From Tubulanus polymorphus (Eukaryota > Animalia > Nemertea): 64,000 bases of DNA. Below, piece by piece: positions 27,330 through 41,360 of the stretch (positions within the stretch are counted from its first letter, which is position 1; each line of letters begins with the position of its first letter). Both the position numbers and the translations under genes were made by a program. Below the pieces are notes generated by a model. It was given only the letters and a program-made list of their open reading frames with translations. It was not told the origin of the DNA and ran no database searches. The DNA lies in NCBI RefSeq assembly GCF_964204645.1, contig NC_134028.1:7502001-7566000 (forward strand), given 5' to 3'.

Positions 27330-27392
27330 CACTCACCGGAGATCGAACCTGGGTAGAGAGCAAGCGTGCTAGCCAGTAGACCAATAGAACTA
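27330..27392 (-). mobile_element. Degenerate tRNA-derived (SINE-like) head
   Basis: Minus strand TTGGTCTACTGGCTAGCACGCTTGC..CCAGGTTCGATCTCCGGT: A-box-like and B-box-like motifs; no intact cloverleaf. Confidence 0.4.
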
Positions 27393-27879
27393 GTCCACTT
27401 GGCCAGTGGTTATACTGCTTTGTCCTATATGCGTAACAAAGTTACAGATCCAATCTCGATGTTGGCCTAACCCATCCGAAATTCCAATGATAGATGGCAA
27501 ACCATAACGTAAGCCCCAGGATGCATACCAAAATGACCTTTTGGCTCATAAAAGGTCACATTGCTCAATCTGGATGATCATTTTCCGATTGCTAATCTCG
27601 GCGGGCAGTGATAACTGCCAGTCGGCCATCTTGATTCTGATCGGGCCGACACATGGATAAAAATCCATCAAAGCGTCATCAAAACTTCTCAAAATATCTG
27701 TATTCCGACTAGGAACGAACGAGCACCTGGGAAGAATCGAAAACCGTTAACGTTGCTTAAACTGCAGTTAAAACACAGATGGCCAGGTGCGATGTTATAG
27801 ATTAAATGTTAGCGACTGACTATTTGCCTATAGCTAATAAAAAAAAGAAATACGCCCGGTTTTCTGTGTGGCATAAGTA

Positions 27880-28227
27880 CAAAAACAAGAAAACTAATTT
27901 GAAAGTTTATTGACAGATTTACAAATCATATATTATTTAGGAATAATGGCGCTATTTTGGATTTGAGTATATCGATAAATTGAATTGAATTGACCGGTGA
28001 CCAGTCCATCCCCGATGTATTGATGACGTATTGCACATCCGCTCTCATACGATAATTATTATGTTTCATCAAAAATAAAATAAGAATAAACGCTAAAAAT
28101 CATATTGCATCTTTTTAATCGCCAACATTGACGACGTAATGCGCATCAACTCACATAGAACCCCTTATATAACGCATACTAGTTATAAATGTATATAAAC
28201 ATTGTTGTAACGGTTTTAAAGGCGTCA
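27880..28227 (-). repeat. Dispersed repeat family A, copy 3
   Basis: Reverse complement begins TGACGCCTTTAAAACCGTTACAACAATGTTTATATACA and stays colinear to AATTAGTTTTCTTGTT. Confidence 0.8.
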
Positions 28228-28808
28228 AAAAAAAAGAAATGCAGGAAATGAAACGAAGTGAAATAAGAAATAACGTTTTCAGGATAGCTCCTACTGTGAA
28301 GAAAAATGGACTCCAGTCAGCCATTGAAAGGCTGAATCTACTCTAATTCCATCCGCTGGTTCAGTCCGTTACCCGTAAACAAGGATGTGTGCGTTAATAG
28401 TCATTTAAAAAACAAAGATAGCCACAAGTCAGCCATCGTGAATTTTTCGTCAATGTATGGCTTCATAATTTCGCCAAAATACAGCTTTCCTTTATTTTTC
28501 ATTGACAGGGACCCGACTCGTTATTCTCTGGATTCTTCCGGTTCCTGGCAAACCCATTCTTATCTTTGCTCACATGTGTTACTACATTTGTTACAATGTT
28601 CTTTACGAGATTGCAAATAAAATACAAATACAATACAGATGGAACCTCCAATAAAATCAGAAGGGTTGTTTCCTTGCATAGTTTGACAATATAAAGACAT
28701 CATAAAAACGATTCCACATTCACTGCCTCAGCCGGTATCTTGCGCACGAGGCATATTGATGCCGGCAATAGCTATCTCGAATTACGAATATGGCCACCAG
28801 TCAGTCAT

Positions 28809-29048
28809 GGCCTACTTCGGTTTCGGTTTTCGTAGCTAGTCGACTAGTGGTCGGAACTAATAACCGAACACACTATAGTTCGGTCGTAACGTATTTCACA
28901 GTGTCGGCCATCTTGAACCTAGGTCCAAAATGTAGCGACCGTGCTCAATTGCGTGGTCGACCATTTCCGGACTATAGTTCCGACTAACGGACATTCGGTT
29001 TCATTTTCTTCGACTATAGTCGACTAACTCCGATAACCGAAGGTGGCC
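28809..29048. mobile_element. MITE (family D), copy 2
   Basis: TIR GGCCTACTTCGGTT / AACCGAAGGTGGCC; body matches 16732-16957. Confidence 0.75.
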
Positions 29049-30581
29049 CATACTGAGAGGTGGAACTTCCAAACGGACGGACAGGATACGATCGCGGAGC
29101 AATGGGGGGACGATAACTGTCATATTCTATATCCTCCCTGAAGTAGATACACCCGCATATAAAACGCTAGCCCGAGCTTCTATCAAATTGAAAGGAAACG
29201 CAATGTGCGCATAATATTCAATATTAACCCGTCGGTTCTACTTGAACCGTCTGCTTAATGTTATGAATAGCTTTAAGATATCCGAGACTGTAAACTGTTA
29301 TTTTTAAGCCATGTTTCGAAGTCATTGAAAAACATTTACGTATTGACTTTTGCCCGATTTTCCATCTGTTTGCATATGTATTTATGTCATATCGGTATTT
29401 CATATTCAAACGTATACAAAACGCGCCTATTTGGAATAGATGGATGTAATGACATCTCTACGTATAACTTACTGGTAATGAATATGATTCTCTTCGATAC
29501 CACACAACAAAACCGCTGTTCTCTACACAAAACATATATTCCTTACCGTATTTTAAGAAATTTCCCACGAGAAGCGTAGATTAGCAGCAATTCTACGAAT
29601 TATCCAATAAAGCCTTGTTGCAAATCCATTTTAAAGAAATAAGTGATTGTCACAATGATTGTTCAATTGTTTAATAAGCACAGTATTCTGAAATACACCT
29701 TTTAGATTGATTAAAGAAATGAAGATTTACCATAAACTAAATTATGAAATCGAATTGATTTAAGAATTTTTCGAATCTTCTCAATCGAAGGACTGGTCAG
29801 CTCAGAGTATGTTTTTGCAACCCAATCTGGATGATCATCTTCCGAAATTTGAAACCTCAGTCATAATTTTGAATGGGGTTTTAGAAATTGATTCGCAATG
29901 CGGTGCACAAATATTTCGAGCCTACATAAATCAAAGGAATGTTTCCGATGTAGATATAGCTGAATCCAAAGTTCGAACCAGGAGAAACGGACTTTCGTCG
30001 TTAATTTCATCATGTGACAGAAACCCATGACTTAGAATCACGATAAAATGCTAAAATGCTAGTGGTATATGTATATAGCTTTAATATCAACAGTTTTAGA
30101 AATATAGTAATTTTAGAAGGAATCAATAGCATTATCAATACAGTTATACTTCTTACGATGATTTCTAATTTGCGTTTCGGTTGCGTACGTGACTTGCTGG
30201 CCACGAATTTATCAATTATTATCGGTTAATAAAAATTGAGAACCGATCCGAGCCGCGCGTTTACCCTTTAGCGCCGGTAATCAACTACATTACCGATTGT
30301 TTTATTTCTTCTTAAACAAATCATAAATCACTGCGGGTAGAATTAGTAAATATGAACAACGCCTCCAGTGAATAAATACAAAGGCACGTGTGCCTAGATA
30401 TTAATTATTGCACCAGTACGCTGATAAACTATCATAATAGAATAGCCGATCATTTGTTCCATGTTGACTCGGAAAAACGTCGCGGTTTATATGAGTACTG
30501 AAATTGTTTTCGCCGTCAAGTCATGGCCTCGAAAACGAAAGGTTCGTTTATTGTAATGTCAGTGTAGCCCGCTAGACATCG

Positions 30582-30692
30582 GGGGCCGGTTTTATAGACT
30601 AGTATCATCTTTATCCTAGGAGTTAGCTCATTCCGTTTCTAATTCAGTCAACCCCTTGGTTAAAGATAGGAACAGTCTTTAACACCGGTCCC
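30582..30692. mobile_element. Small MITE, GGGGCCGGTTTTATAGAC family
   Basis: GGGGCCGGTTTTATAGACT / AGTCTTTAACACCGGTCCC inverted termini. Confidence 0.7.
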
Positions 30693-32636
30693 AGAAGGGA
30701 ATGTGTCGCTCGCTGTGACCGTCGCGTAGCTTCTTAAAGAAAGCGGCATTGACCCTGTTGACATTTCATAATAGGTATATAAGACTCGATGAAAAAGCAT
30801 CGGACCGGGAAAAACAATAAGTATGTCTACGCGAGGTAAAGCCAAGTCATCAATCATTTTTGTATCGCGCTTTCTTTTGTAGCATGTAACTTGTCATGTT
30901 ACTCTTCTCCAGTTCATAAAAGCGGAGAGGTTTTGACTCGGAATCTAAGTGCTCATGAAATTCCACAATATAGATCATTCGATAAGACGTTTCTCATAAC
31001 TATGTTTTCATGAAATCGTTACGGTGGTATTCAAACACTATGATCAGCATTTCACAACTCAATAGCTGCCTTCCATTTTCACCTATTTCTACTGATTTTT
31101 CCATGTTTAAAAACCTCAAACAACGAAGGCTCTTGCAAGGTGAAATGTTAACGCTTAATCGATTGTAGCTATTCGATGTTACCGATGGCTGTTTTCATAA
31201 GGATTAAATTGATTTTAGGATGATGCAGGATTTTTCATTGTTTAACCCGATGCACTACGAACACCCTAAATATATATCGAACTGTAATTCCGCTTAATCC
31301 CGCCGTAGTTTCAAATTATTTAATCTCCAACCCCGATGGAGCCAGCGGTCGGTAAAAGATAGAGGTTTACGTATGGAGGTTCGGCAGAGAATTTTAATTT
31401 CGTTGCTTACTACGCGCACTTCTTTGAAAAAAGCTATAACGCGAAATTAATCCTACAAACTGAATATAATTAATTCATATGATAGCTTTTATAGGTATTT
31501 TCCATCCACCAACACATAAACGTGAAATCAACTGATAAACATGCGAAAGAAGTCAATTTGAGCTGCATTTCAAGAAGCGTAACTATTACTATTAACTCAT
31601 CTAGAATCAGCCGGAAAGTTTCACTCAGTTACGTAATTGGATAAAATGGATAATATCTATATCCTTTAAAATTATTGATACATGATATCCCTCTGGGCGA
31701 ATATTCGGTCCAAAATTCATATCTTTCCGTGGAAATATATACTTTTCATGTTCTAGTCGACCCGAACATCGATTTGTGTTGTTAATTCTAAAAACTTGAA
31801 ATTTGACTAGCTCTTTGCCTCGTATATACGTAGTTTGAAATGATATTTTATTCTTTCAAAAAATCATTTTCGATTAAATATACTTCATTACGCAAACTAA
31901 GAAAGCCGAACGAGCTTTCGAAAAATAACGCGTCGAACTGTGCGATCTCACTCACTCACCTGTTGATTTCGGTAGGTTTTTTTTCTAAATCCGACAACGC
32001 AGATAGCGACGGCGGTGCCGTTTGTTATCATAATCCGACGGCTAGTACACAGACGGACGAATGTGAAGCGCGCGATGTGTCGTAGCCGCAGCGCGCGCAG
32101 TTAGACACGCTCACTCCGCAGCGCGCCGCCAGACCCGCGCGTAAACCTCGCTAGATCACGTGATACACGTAAAAACGCGTCGCTAGAACTTTCATCAGAA
32201 GCCGCACGCCGTCGCCGCCGGTTTCGCTTTTTGTCGAAATTTTTTCGAATATAATACGGCTTCACGTACGTACGCCGGGATATGCTTAACTAATATGAAC
32301 CCGTAATCGCGTCGATTTCGAGTGTAACGCCGTTTAATTCGACGAATCGATTTTAGATGATATTCCACCTTTTGCACTTGTTTCTGGATAAAAGCCACGA
32401 TATTCGGTACTTTTTTAATGTAAAACGACTTAAATACTTCATACTGTAGCGACTATAGTGATTTATTGCGTTTATACGTATACCCGGGTTTCTCGTCGAC
32501 ACTGCTTTTAAATCCCGTCGACTTTTGCTAAAGATTTCCGTAGATGTATGAGTCACGTTATTCCCGATTTGATTTCAGTTCGGTCCCCGTGAAGAACGTA
32601 AAATAAAACCGGAGATTTAACCAGCCGTAGCCTGCA

Positions 32637-32810
<174 letters not shown>

Positions 32811-35800
32811 ATTTTTTAGATTAAACTAGAATTGGTTTAAGGGTTACACAGTAAGTTGAAGTTGATATATGGAGGTTACGCCATCGCGCCATTCGCCTTT
32901 TCATTTCTATGATAAATGATAATTCAACTGGGTATTAACCTAATCATTTTAACCTTTGACCAGTAGCAATCGATTATTGGCCACTTGCCGCATTACATGT
33001 ATATTCATTTAGATATTTCAGATATTTCTAGGTCGGGGTGTTGATTGGGCTATGCATCACACTGCGTGGACGTATTATTGCCTTCTGAATATGAGATGAA
33101 AGAAACCAGGTATGCTCAGACGGTTAGAATGTTGACAGAAACTCTGATTGGTTTCCCAGCGTTTCGCTATTAATCACGTGCATTGCACAACAGGTCCCGG
33201 CGTCGGCTGTTTATTCGCAACCACGACGAAACCTGGTCGAGTGCATTCGCAGCTAATCAAAATCAATTTATTTAACCAATTACTAACGTTATCTATATAT
33301 CCACAACATCAGTCTCCAACTACAGCCATAGCTAAAAGCTAATAGATATGACTTGAAATGTGGGTATGGATATCCAGTTGAAAATTCAAAATGTTAAAAA
33401 TTACGAAATTCTAGGAATAAGTTTCGCGTCATTCTCATTTCATTGATGGAAAGTAACCACATGCAAGAAACGCAGTAGGTAGAAGTATAAATGAATTGAG
33501 AACTCAAGCCGTTTGGCAGTGAATAAGATAGCAAATTCATAACAGATAATAGATGAACGCGGCATAAAAGGTCGCGTTTTCCATGGAATATCGTGGACTG
33601 ATAATAAATAAGGTTGATAGTTAGTTAAAAAACTAATTCAACCTCATCTTTTATCAGCCCACGGCGTTTTCATTCGCGGAGGAACCGGACCCGTAGTTCT
33701 GTCAAACGAAATATGGATTAATTGAAAACGATAAAGTTTATTTGATAATTGAAATGATTTTCTAAGTTCATCTTCAAGATATGAAATGGGATCCGGTTAT
33801 GAATGTTGATAAGAATATCCGGCGTCTGCAATCTGAATCAGAACGAATTCCTAACCGTTAATGTCAATATGCGCCCACAAGTCGAGCGATGTGAACGGGC
33901 GAAACTTTCGCTTTCAAATAGACTTGGAAAGGCTTCAGCGGTTTTCAATAGATTTGATATTGCGGTGACGATATATCTAAACAACTTATTTCACGGTGTG
34001 TTTCATCGGACATGGAAATTGTCTTCTCTACAGACGCGAGCGTACCGTGTACCGGCTTATCCGAATAACGGGTCATTTACCATCGATAGTGAAGCCGTTC
34101 TGCGCAACAAACGTTTGAAATTCGAATGAAAATGTAGAGCAATAACTGAGTAAGAAGGTTGAGTTGATAGATTGCATACGACTGAATGGAACTAGGCCTT
34201 CGCGGCAGCCTTGCGCGAACGGAATATCGGAAATCGACTGAAATTCTCGATTATGATATATAAGCGGTAAAGACGCTGTGAGAATGAAAATGGAATATGA
34301 TATATATGTAAGTGAGAAATACGCGCCGGGCCAAAATTAACTATTGTAGTGAACTTATTCCACTCAACCCCTAAATCCCTTTACTTTACTTTATTTCCGA
34401 TAAACTCAGGTCATTTTACATATGAAAATTAGAGCGTAACACATTTGCAAGGAAGAATCAAAAAGTCGTACATGTATGATTACAAATGGCCGAAACTTTA
34501 AGCGAATGTTTTCATAACAGTAAACCTACGCGAATCTTGGTAATACATATTCATTTTTCTTTTGCATCAAAGCTCTGAATTTGAAAGGATTTGGATCAGT
34601 TAAAAAAAATATGGCCCCGGAAAGATAATTTTCTAACCATTCATCTTTATTAGAAAAAAACAAAAATAATACAAACAGCAGATCAACCTCGAAAAGCGCC
34701 AAAGTGGCATTGTATGCAAGGAAATCGTAAATTTGGTGTAATTATAAGGTCAAAAAGTGTGATCAATGGTTTACAGCGTATTCCACAAAGCGAAAATTGA
34801 CAATTTATCAATTTGGTTGTGAAAAGATTCAATAAAAAAGCAGGTGTTTCGATGATGTCAATGGAGGCAGATACTTCTACTGGCGAATCTCTTCAAATAT
34901 TCCGGCTATGCTAAAGTTTTAAAGTTTATATTGATATTCTCATTCGGAGTTGATTTATACTGTTTCGTTCGATAATGGTGATGATCATAGCACCATCGGG
35001 GTTCAGCCTCAAGGCACAGCTATACATGCTATATTTCATAGGGGAATAAAAAGAGATCGGGTGTGAAAATTATCTAATACCAATAGGGAGCTGCTTTTTA
35101 TTTGTTTATCTATCACCAGTGCCTTTTCATTATTCACCACGTTCTACTGTGTTTCTATTACAGATATGTATATAGTATGATAATAACATAGTTTATTGGT
35201 CAACAAAAGCGTTTGCATACAGTGCAGAACTAGACACGAATTCTAAATCATGGGTTTGCTGACACCCTGGTCTCATCAGTCCATTTAGTCGGTCCCTGTA
35301 GATCATATTAATCAATCTCCTATATTTAGAACGGTGCAACATTTACAGTTTGGTCTTTACCAGCACCGCATAATTTCATATGTTCTTTTCAATGTTCAGT
35401 GAAATGGCGGTGCGCGGTGAAGGGAGACCCCTTTGGCGCAAACTCAAGCGGTCACAGATCAGTCTTCAGAAAAGTAATTCAAAAAAATTCAAGGCTCAGG
35501 CTCAAACTGCTCAAACTGCAAATAACGATATTTAACCGCTGTAAAAATGGGAAATATAGCTTTAAGAGATATTTAGAAATATCAAAGTTATTAAAAATCG
35601 CGATTTTTTACGCGTGGTCAAAATATGCAGTCCTTGGATTCGCACCGTCACTGTTCTCAAAATTGTTGCGTTCAAAAAACCCAAGAATCACTGGAAAATA
35701 GCTGCATTTTATGTCCTTTAAAATTGTGTATAAATCAAGTTCATCGAGCAAGGGACTGCAGAGCTACTCACAGTAAAAACTTACGTTTCAAAAAAGAGTG

Positions 35801-36283
35801 AAAATTATCGCAACAATCGGGACCTCGAGGGATCGCCACAAAATGGCGCCTAGAAACAGGAAACTTCTTTATTTCATATGTTCTTTGGCCCATATATTCA
35901 TCTACTGCATATTTCATATGTAATGTACAGAGAAATGACAATTTACATAGGAGACCTACCACGGTTTCTGTTTTGGTTGTCACTGGTGCAATTACATAGT
36001 GATGTTTAGTAGTTATTCCGATAGAAACGGCATTGCCTTTTTTCATGAATATTACAGTCGTAATCCCCAGGATAAGGCTTCTTGGAATTGAACGCAACAA
36101 CAGGTAATGTATGAGATGAAATCTATTCCACTTGTTCTACTACGTACTTCGATGAACGAAATCGATATGATCACCAGTCTCTAAACCATTCTGTATAATA
36201 CTATATGAATGTTGAATATACCGATAACGTGTATCAAAATATATAATAAGATGGCTTTGCATGTTAGCTTGGTAGCACCAGAC

Positions 36284-38346
36284 CAGGGGATCCAGATATT
36301 TGAGTAGAGGGGGGTCAAGTTCAGTATTTTCCCAGATATAATTTGTTCATATTTCAATGAAAAATGAACTCTCCTGAAAACTGAAGAAAAATTTTTTTAA
36401 TGAGTGCATCGCCTACATTAATTTCTGGCAGACGCCCAAACAGCAATCGATAAAGATTTGAATAAACCATTTTACAGTTGCTAGCCGCCATTTTGTTAGG
36501 GTACTTTTGTCCCGTATTGTTGGGTCATTTTTTTCTCTTTTTTAAAAACTATCCGTGATGTGTATTGTATCATATTTCATCTGTCCATGGATGGATTTTG
36601 ACAACTTCAGCAACATTCAAACCGCGTGAATCTCTAGTTTTCAGTTATGTTAAAATCATTTCTCAAATTTACAACAATGCGACATGAGAGCGATATAAAA
36701 ATCGGTGGTCAGTTTTTGCCGTGCGCATAGAAATCCAGGGTACAGAAATTTGAAGTTCGTTATTTTCAGAAATAATTTTCTAAAAAATCCAAACATTTCA
36801 AGCACTGTGCACATAAACGCCCCCTTTTAGGTGAACTTTGAAATTTTAAGATATCTTGCCTAGTTTTTTTCCTATGGCACTTTAACTGCAGCGCGTGTAT
36901 TGTCATTCCGAGATTCGGCGCTGTTTTCTTTGCGTGTATTTCAGTATATGGGAGTTATTTCTTCATTTTCACTACACTTGTCTCTACGGAAAATGGTTTT
37001 AATTGTTGGTATCAGGTTTAAATATCACGTCGTTTATGCAATATAATAGATCGGAGACATTAGAGATGTTGGGGTTTAAGGGATTTTTCTGACCAGTTTT
37101 AGCAGCGAGACTGAGCGGCATTTTGATCACGCATTCGAAGTTGCGCGCGGGAAGAGAATATATGGGCCTATATTGAGATGGAAGAAGAAAAGAAATATAG
37201 CACTCAAAATCGAGTATGATGACCATTTAAATCAGTAGTCTATCAATAAATTTACATAAAAATCTACTGAAATTAGATGGATGGAGAAGTGGTCAAAAAG
37301 CTGGACAAATGGGGTGGGGCAAATATTCAGCTACTTTCTATGAATACTTTCTATTAAGTACACTCAAGATTGATTAGATTGGGAAGAAAATATAGGAAAA
37401 CGTTTTCTTGTTTTGGTGCTGAAATATCAAGTATCAAGTTCGAATGTCAGACGCAGGTGATAAAAAGTAAAAAGTGACATCTACCATCACAAAAACGCAA
37501 GAAGTGTGTGGATTGCATTTACAACAAAAGAGTGATATTTTGGGTTTTCTTGGGTGCATGTACGTAAGCCTCTGCCTGCCGTAAAAGCGGTTACCATTAC
37601 AGCCATTACGAACTAGCGCCGGAGAACGGAATACAGTATTAACGCCGTAATATTTAAACCTGATACTCGTACCAACAATTAAAACCATTTTCCGTAGAGA
37701 CAAGTGTAGTGAAAATGAAGAAATAACACCCATATACTGAAATACACGCAAAGAAAACAGCGCCAAATCTCGGAATGACAATACACGCGCTGCAGTTAAA
37801 GAGCCATAGGAAAAAAACTAGGCAAGATATCTTAAAATTTCAAAGTTCACCTAAAAGGGGGCGTTTATGCGCACAGTGCTTGAAATGTTTGGATTTTTTA
37901 GAAAATTATTTCTGAAAATAACGAACTTCAAATTTCAGTACCCTGGATTTCTATGCGCACGGCAAAAACTGACCACCGATTTTTATATCGCTCTCATGTC
38001 GCATTGTTGTAAATTTGAGAAATGATTTTAACATAACTGAAAACTAGAGATTCACGCGGTTTGAATGTTGCTGAAGTTGTCAAAATCCATCCATGGACAG
38101 ATGAAATATGATACAATACACATCACGGATAGTTTTTAAAAAAGAGAAAAAAATGACCCAACAATACGGGACAAAAGTACCCTAACAAAATGGCGGCTAG
38201 CAACTGTAAAATGGTTTATTGTGGAATTGTGGTTAGTTTCATCATTATTGATATGATTGATATCACTATCGAAAATTTTCGAACACGGAGCTGTAGGTCG
38301 AGCCCCGTAGCCATAACCCACATCCCTCGTCCCTTTGGATCCGCCT
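36284..38346. mobile_element. Host MITE (CAGGGG(CGG)ATCCAG family) split by a nested insertion
   Basis: Left end CAGGGGATCCAG at 36284 and right end TTGGATCCGCCT at 38335-38346 bracket the long-TIR element. Confidence 0.5.
36465..38216. mobile_element. Non-autonomous DNA transposon with ~570 bp TIRs and TA TSD
   Basis: 36465-~37035 is the near-perfect reverse complement of ~37640-38216 (AACCATTTTACAGTTGCTAGCCGCCATTTTGTTAGGG..). TA at 36463-36464 and 38217-38218. No transposase ORF in the ~600 bp spacer. Confidence 0.92.
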
Positions 38347-40599
38347 ACAAAATGAAAACTCTCGAGACGAAACCATTTCCAACTAAATTATCTCCGATTC
38401 AACTGGGCGTATACTAGTTTTTACATTGTGCCTTCCACAAAATTTTCATTTAGTTTTCATGACAGACGAATAGTGAATTTAATTTAGTCATCACCACAGT
38501 CACTCCAGTCTTCAGCGCAGCAAACAAATAAAACCTACTTCTGAAGTCTCATACACATTAATTCATAATCGGTTTTCATTTTTTTTTTCAACGCCGGTTT
38601 CTCCGGCTTAGATTTCTGCCGTCAGCCGTTACGTATCCGCCGATAAAAAGGTGACGATATGCAAAACGTCGCAGCACGCTGTCTTCGCGACGGGCATCAC
38701 GTCCAGTGGCGATTAACTAACCATTCCATCTTCGTTTATGAAACGCGACATCGACAAAAATGCCCCATAAGATTGTGCGGCGAGCCGTGAGCTTTTCACT
38801 TACAAAACAATAAATATCCAAATGTAAATTTATCGCGAACGAGACAGGACTACGTAAAGACAGTTAGCAAACATTATCGAGTCCGCAGGGTCGCTTTAAA
38901 CACGCGTGCGATAATCTTGCAGCCTAATATTTGTATTTTGGGCATTAGAAACCGTAAATCAAAGCGTCGTCGAAATCTCGTAAGATCGCGTAAAATCTCG
39001 TAAATCAACGCGGGCATAATCGTATCTATAACGGTTGATGACACTAACGGTAACAAGCATAGCCGAATCGAGCGGCGCAGCGAATCCCGCCGGGTGGCAA
39101 TCGTACGAAACTTGTTGAGCTCGGATCAAGCCGCGCAGTTGGTTAATGAACCTCGCCGGAGCTATCAACTGCGAGCTGAACGGTGCCCAGGAGAGGTGAC
39201 CGTGTAAACCCGATCGTGATCCGACTCCTGTTCTCCTGGCTCGACCGTTCCAAATCGCGACTAAACGTTCTCAGTAGTATTTGATGGCCAGTATACTACC
39301 GCAAATCTCGACATATGCTTACAGCAAACTGCTTATGATTTTTCTTCTTAAGATAGGGATTGACCCTTTTATTCAAATGATTGGTAGATTTCGTTTGATT
39401 TTTTTGTGTCCCTTGCTAACCCACCACACTTGCCGGGAGCGAAACAGGGGGCTAGATTCTGAAATCGGAAATATGGTTTTGTGATCGGCGGTCGAGTTGA
39501 CAGAATTTTCATGTTTAAATCGAAGTCATAATTGGGAAATTCGGATCCGGTTCATTCTAACAATCTTATGTTACTAGTCGATGCAAGGGCGGATCGGGGC
39601 CTGTAAAAGGTAGTACTGAAGTGCGGAATCACGGTCAAACCCTTTGCTTGTTTAGTGACAATAATCTATTTTTCATTTAACTTACATTTACATGAATATT
39701 GACAGCGGAGAATAAATGTAATAGTTAAATGAAGGTAGCAGTTCATTTAACTGTCACAACTGCTGATGCATCACTGATTGATCAAATTCAATGAATACCA
39801 AGAATAAATGGAGCTCGTTCCCTGGATGATACTTGCGGGTCTGAAACAGTTTTTTAAAATCTAAGCATGTCTCAAAAAATGCTACTGGGCGACCAAATTG
39901 GATGATCCGGATGAGCAATCCGTATAGTTTAAACATGTAAAAAATAGCAGATCGCTTGTTATACTAGAACAGTTCTATTCGGCTTTTTATGATAGACCCT
40001 GAATTACTACTACTATCGTTTAAGATACTTAATGACAGTTAGCCGATATAGCAATGGCGATATTGAGAAAAATGTGAAAGCAATTCGACATTCATATATC
40101 GTCCACTTTTTCCTTGAACTGTCTGTCCGCATTTCACTCTCTTCTTTACTTGTTCTGATGCGAACATCTAAGCATCCCATCCAGAGATTGACCCTAAAGT
40201 ACCGACGGATGGATACATAGATACTAGATGGATATCGACATGTTCCTTTATCTCCGCGAGATGGATGGGAAATCGTCGAATCGGATCGCCGCGTATTTGT
40301 ATAATATAGAATGGGGGAAAACGGTATAGAATTTGCGTGAATTTCAAAAACGTCTGAAGAGTTCTATCGATGAGAACCCGAGACGAAAGCAGCTTGAATC
40401 GAGAGTATATCCACCGGAAGTGGTGTTGGACGTGAATAGGCAATTGAAACAGGAGTTGGATTGCGCAAGAGAGAACTTGATCCGACTCCAACATTTCGAC
40501 GGTCCTCGATCGTGATTGCTGCTATTAGGAGATTTTCCCAGTAAAAGACTTCGACGACGACTAAACACTTACTCAGTACTTTATGAGTATTTGAAGAAA

Positions 40600-41360
40600 A
40601 AACCTCCCAACATTTCATTTAAATCACATTTTCTATCCATCTACCATTTTGGTTCAATCGCCTTTAGTGAACTACACGGGCTATATGCATCTTGTGCCGG
40701 TCGAAGAATAGAATGGGGTTCAGCTTAACAACTTATTCAGTAATTTAATGAAAACCTCTGACCATTCATTTTCTATCTATAATAATGATAATAATAATAT
40801 GTGTCTTATATAGCGCTAAATCCAGGCAGGCTGCTCAGAGCGCTTTACATTTTTCGATATTATTACCCCGGCCAATTTTATACTCTAACATGTATCAGTC
40901 ATCTCTGCCTGGGGAGAAGTAACACCGACCTGCTAACAAACGCTCAATAGTCATCTATCAGGCCAGGTACCCATTTACTCCTGGGTGGAGAGAGGCAATG
41001 AGGATAAGTGTCTTGCCCGAGGACAATACGGCAATGTACGGGGTTCGAACCCACGACCTGGCTTCTCAGAGTCGAGCGCTCTAAACGCTCGGCCACACCG
41101 CTCCACAATTGTGGTTCAATCACCTTTAGTAAACTACAGGGGCTATATGCATCTTGTGCCGGTCGAGGAACAGAATAGGGTTCGGCTTAATTCGATAGTT
41201 CACAACTTAGTATTCAGTAAAAAAACAACTCTCAAAATTCATTTCCTATCTATCTACAATTCTGGTTCAATCACCTTCAAAACTGAACTACAATGAGCTG
41301 CATCTAGTGCAGGTCAAAGAATAGCATGGAGTTCGACATGATTTGACACTGTTCACAACT
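40600..41360. repeat. ~150 bp tandem repeat, 3 units, interrupted by a SINE
   Basis: CTATCYATCTACMATT..GGTTCAATC..AACTACA..GCATCT..GTGC..GGTC..AGAATAG occurs three times (~40630, 40770/41105, 41243). Confidence 0.85.
40780..41104 (-). mobile_element. Full-length tRNA-derived SINE with CORE-like centre and L2-like tail
   Basis: Minus strand: GGAGCGGTGTGGCCGAGCG (A box)..GGTTCGAACCC (B box)..TGTCCTCGGGCAAGACACTT..CCACCCAGGAGTAAATGGGTACC (resembles the CORE domain)..TGTAAAGCGCTCTGAGC..AGCGCTATATAAG..(ATT)n. Confidence 0.9.

Noticed and set aside
35294-35304. CCCTGTAGATC resembling miR-10 (would imply a Hox cluster)
   Set aside because: Only 11 nt match, with no intact 5' end and no hairpin.
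41035-41104. tRNA gene
   Set aside because: A and B boxes are present but run on into a SINE core and tail, with no acceptor stem or poly-T terminator.
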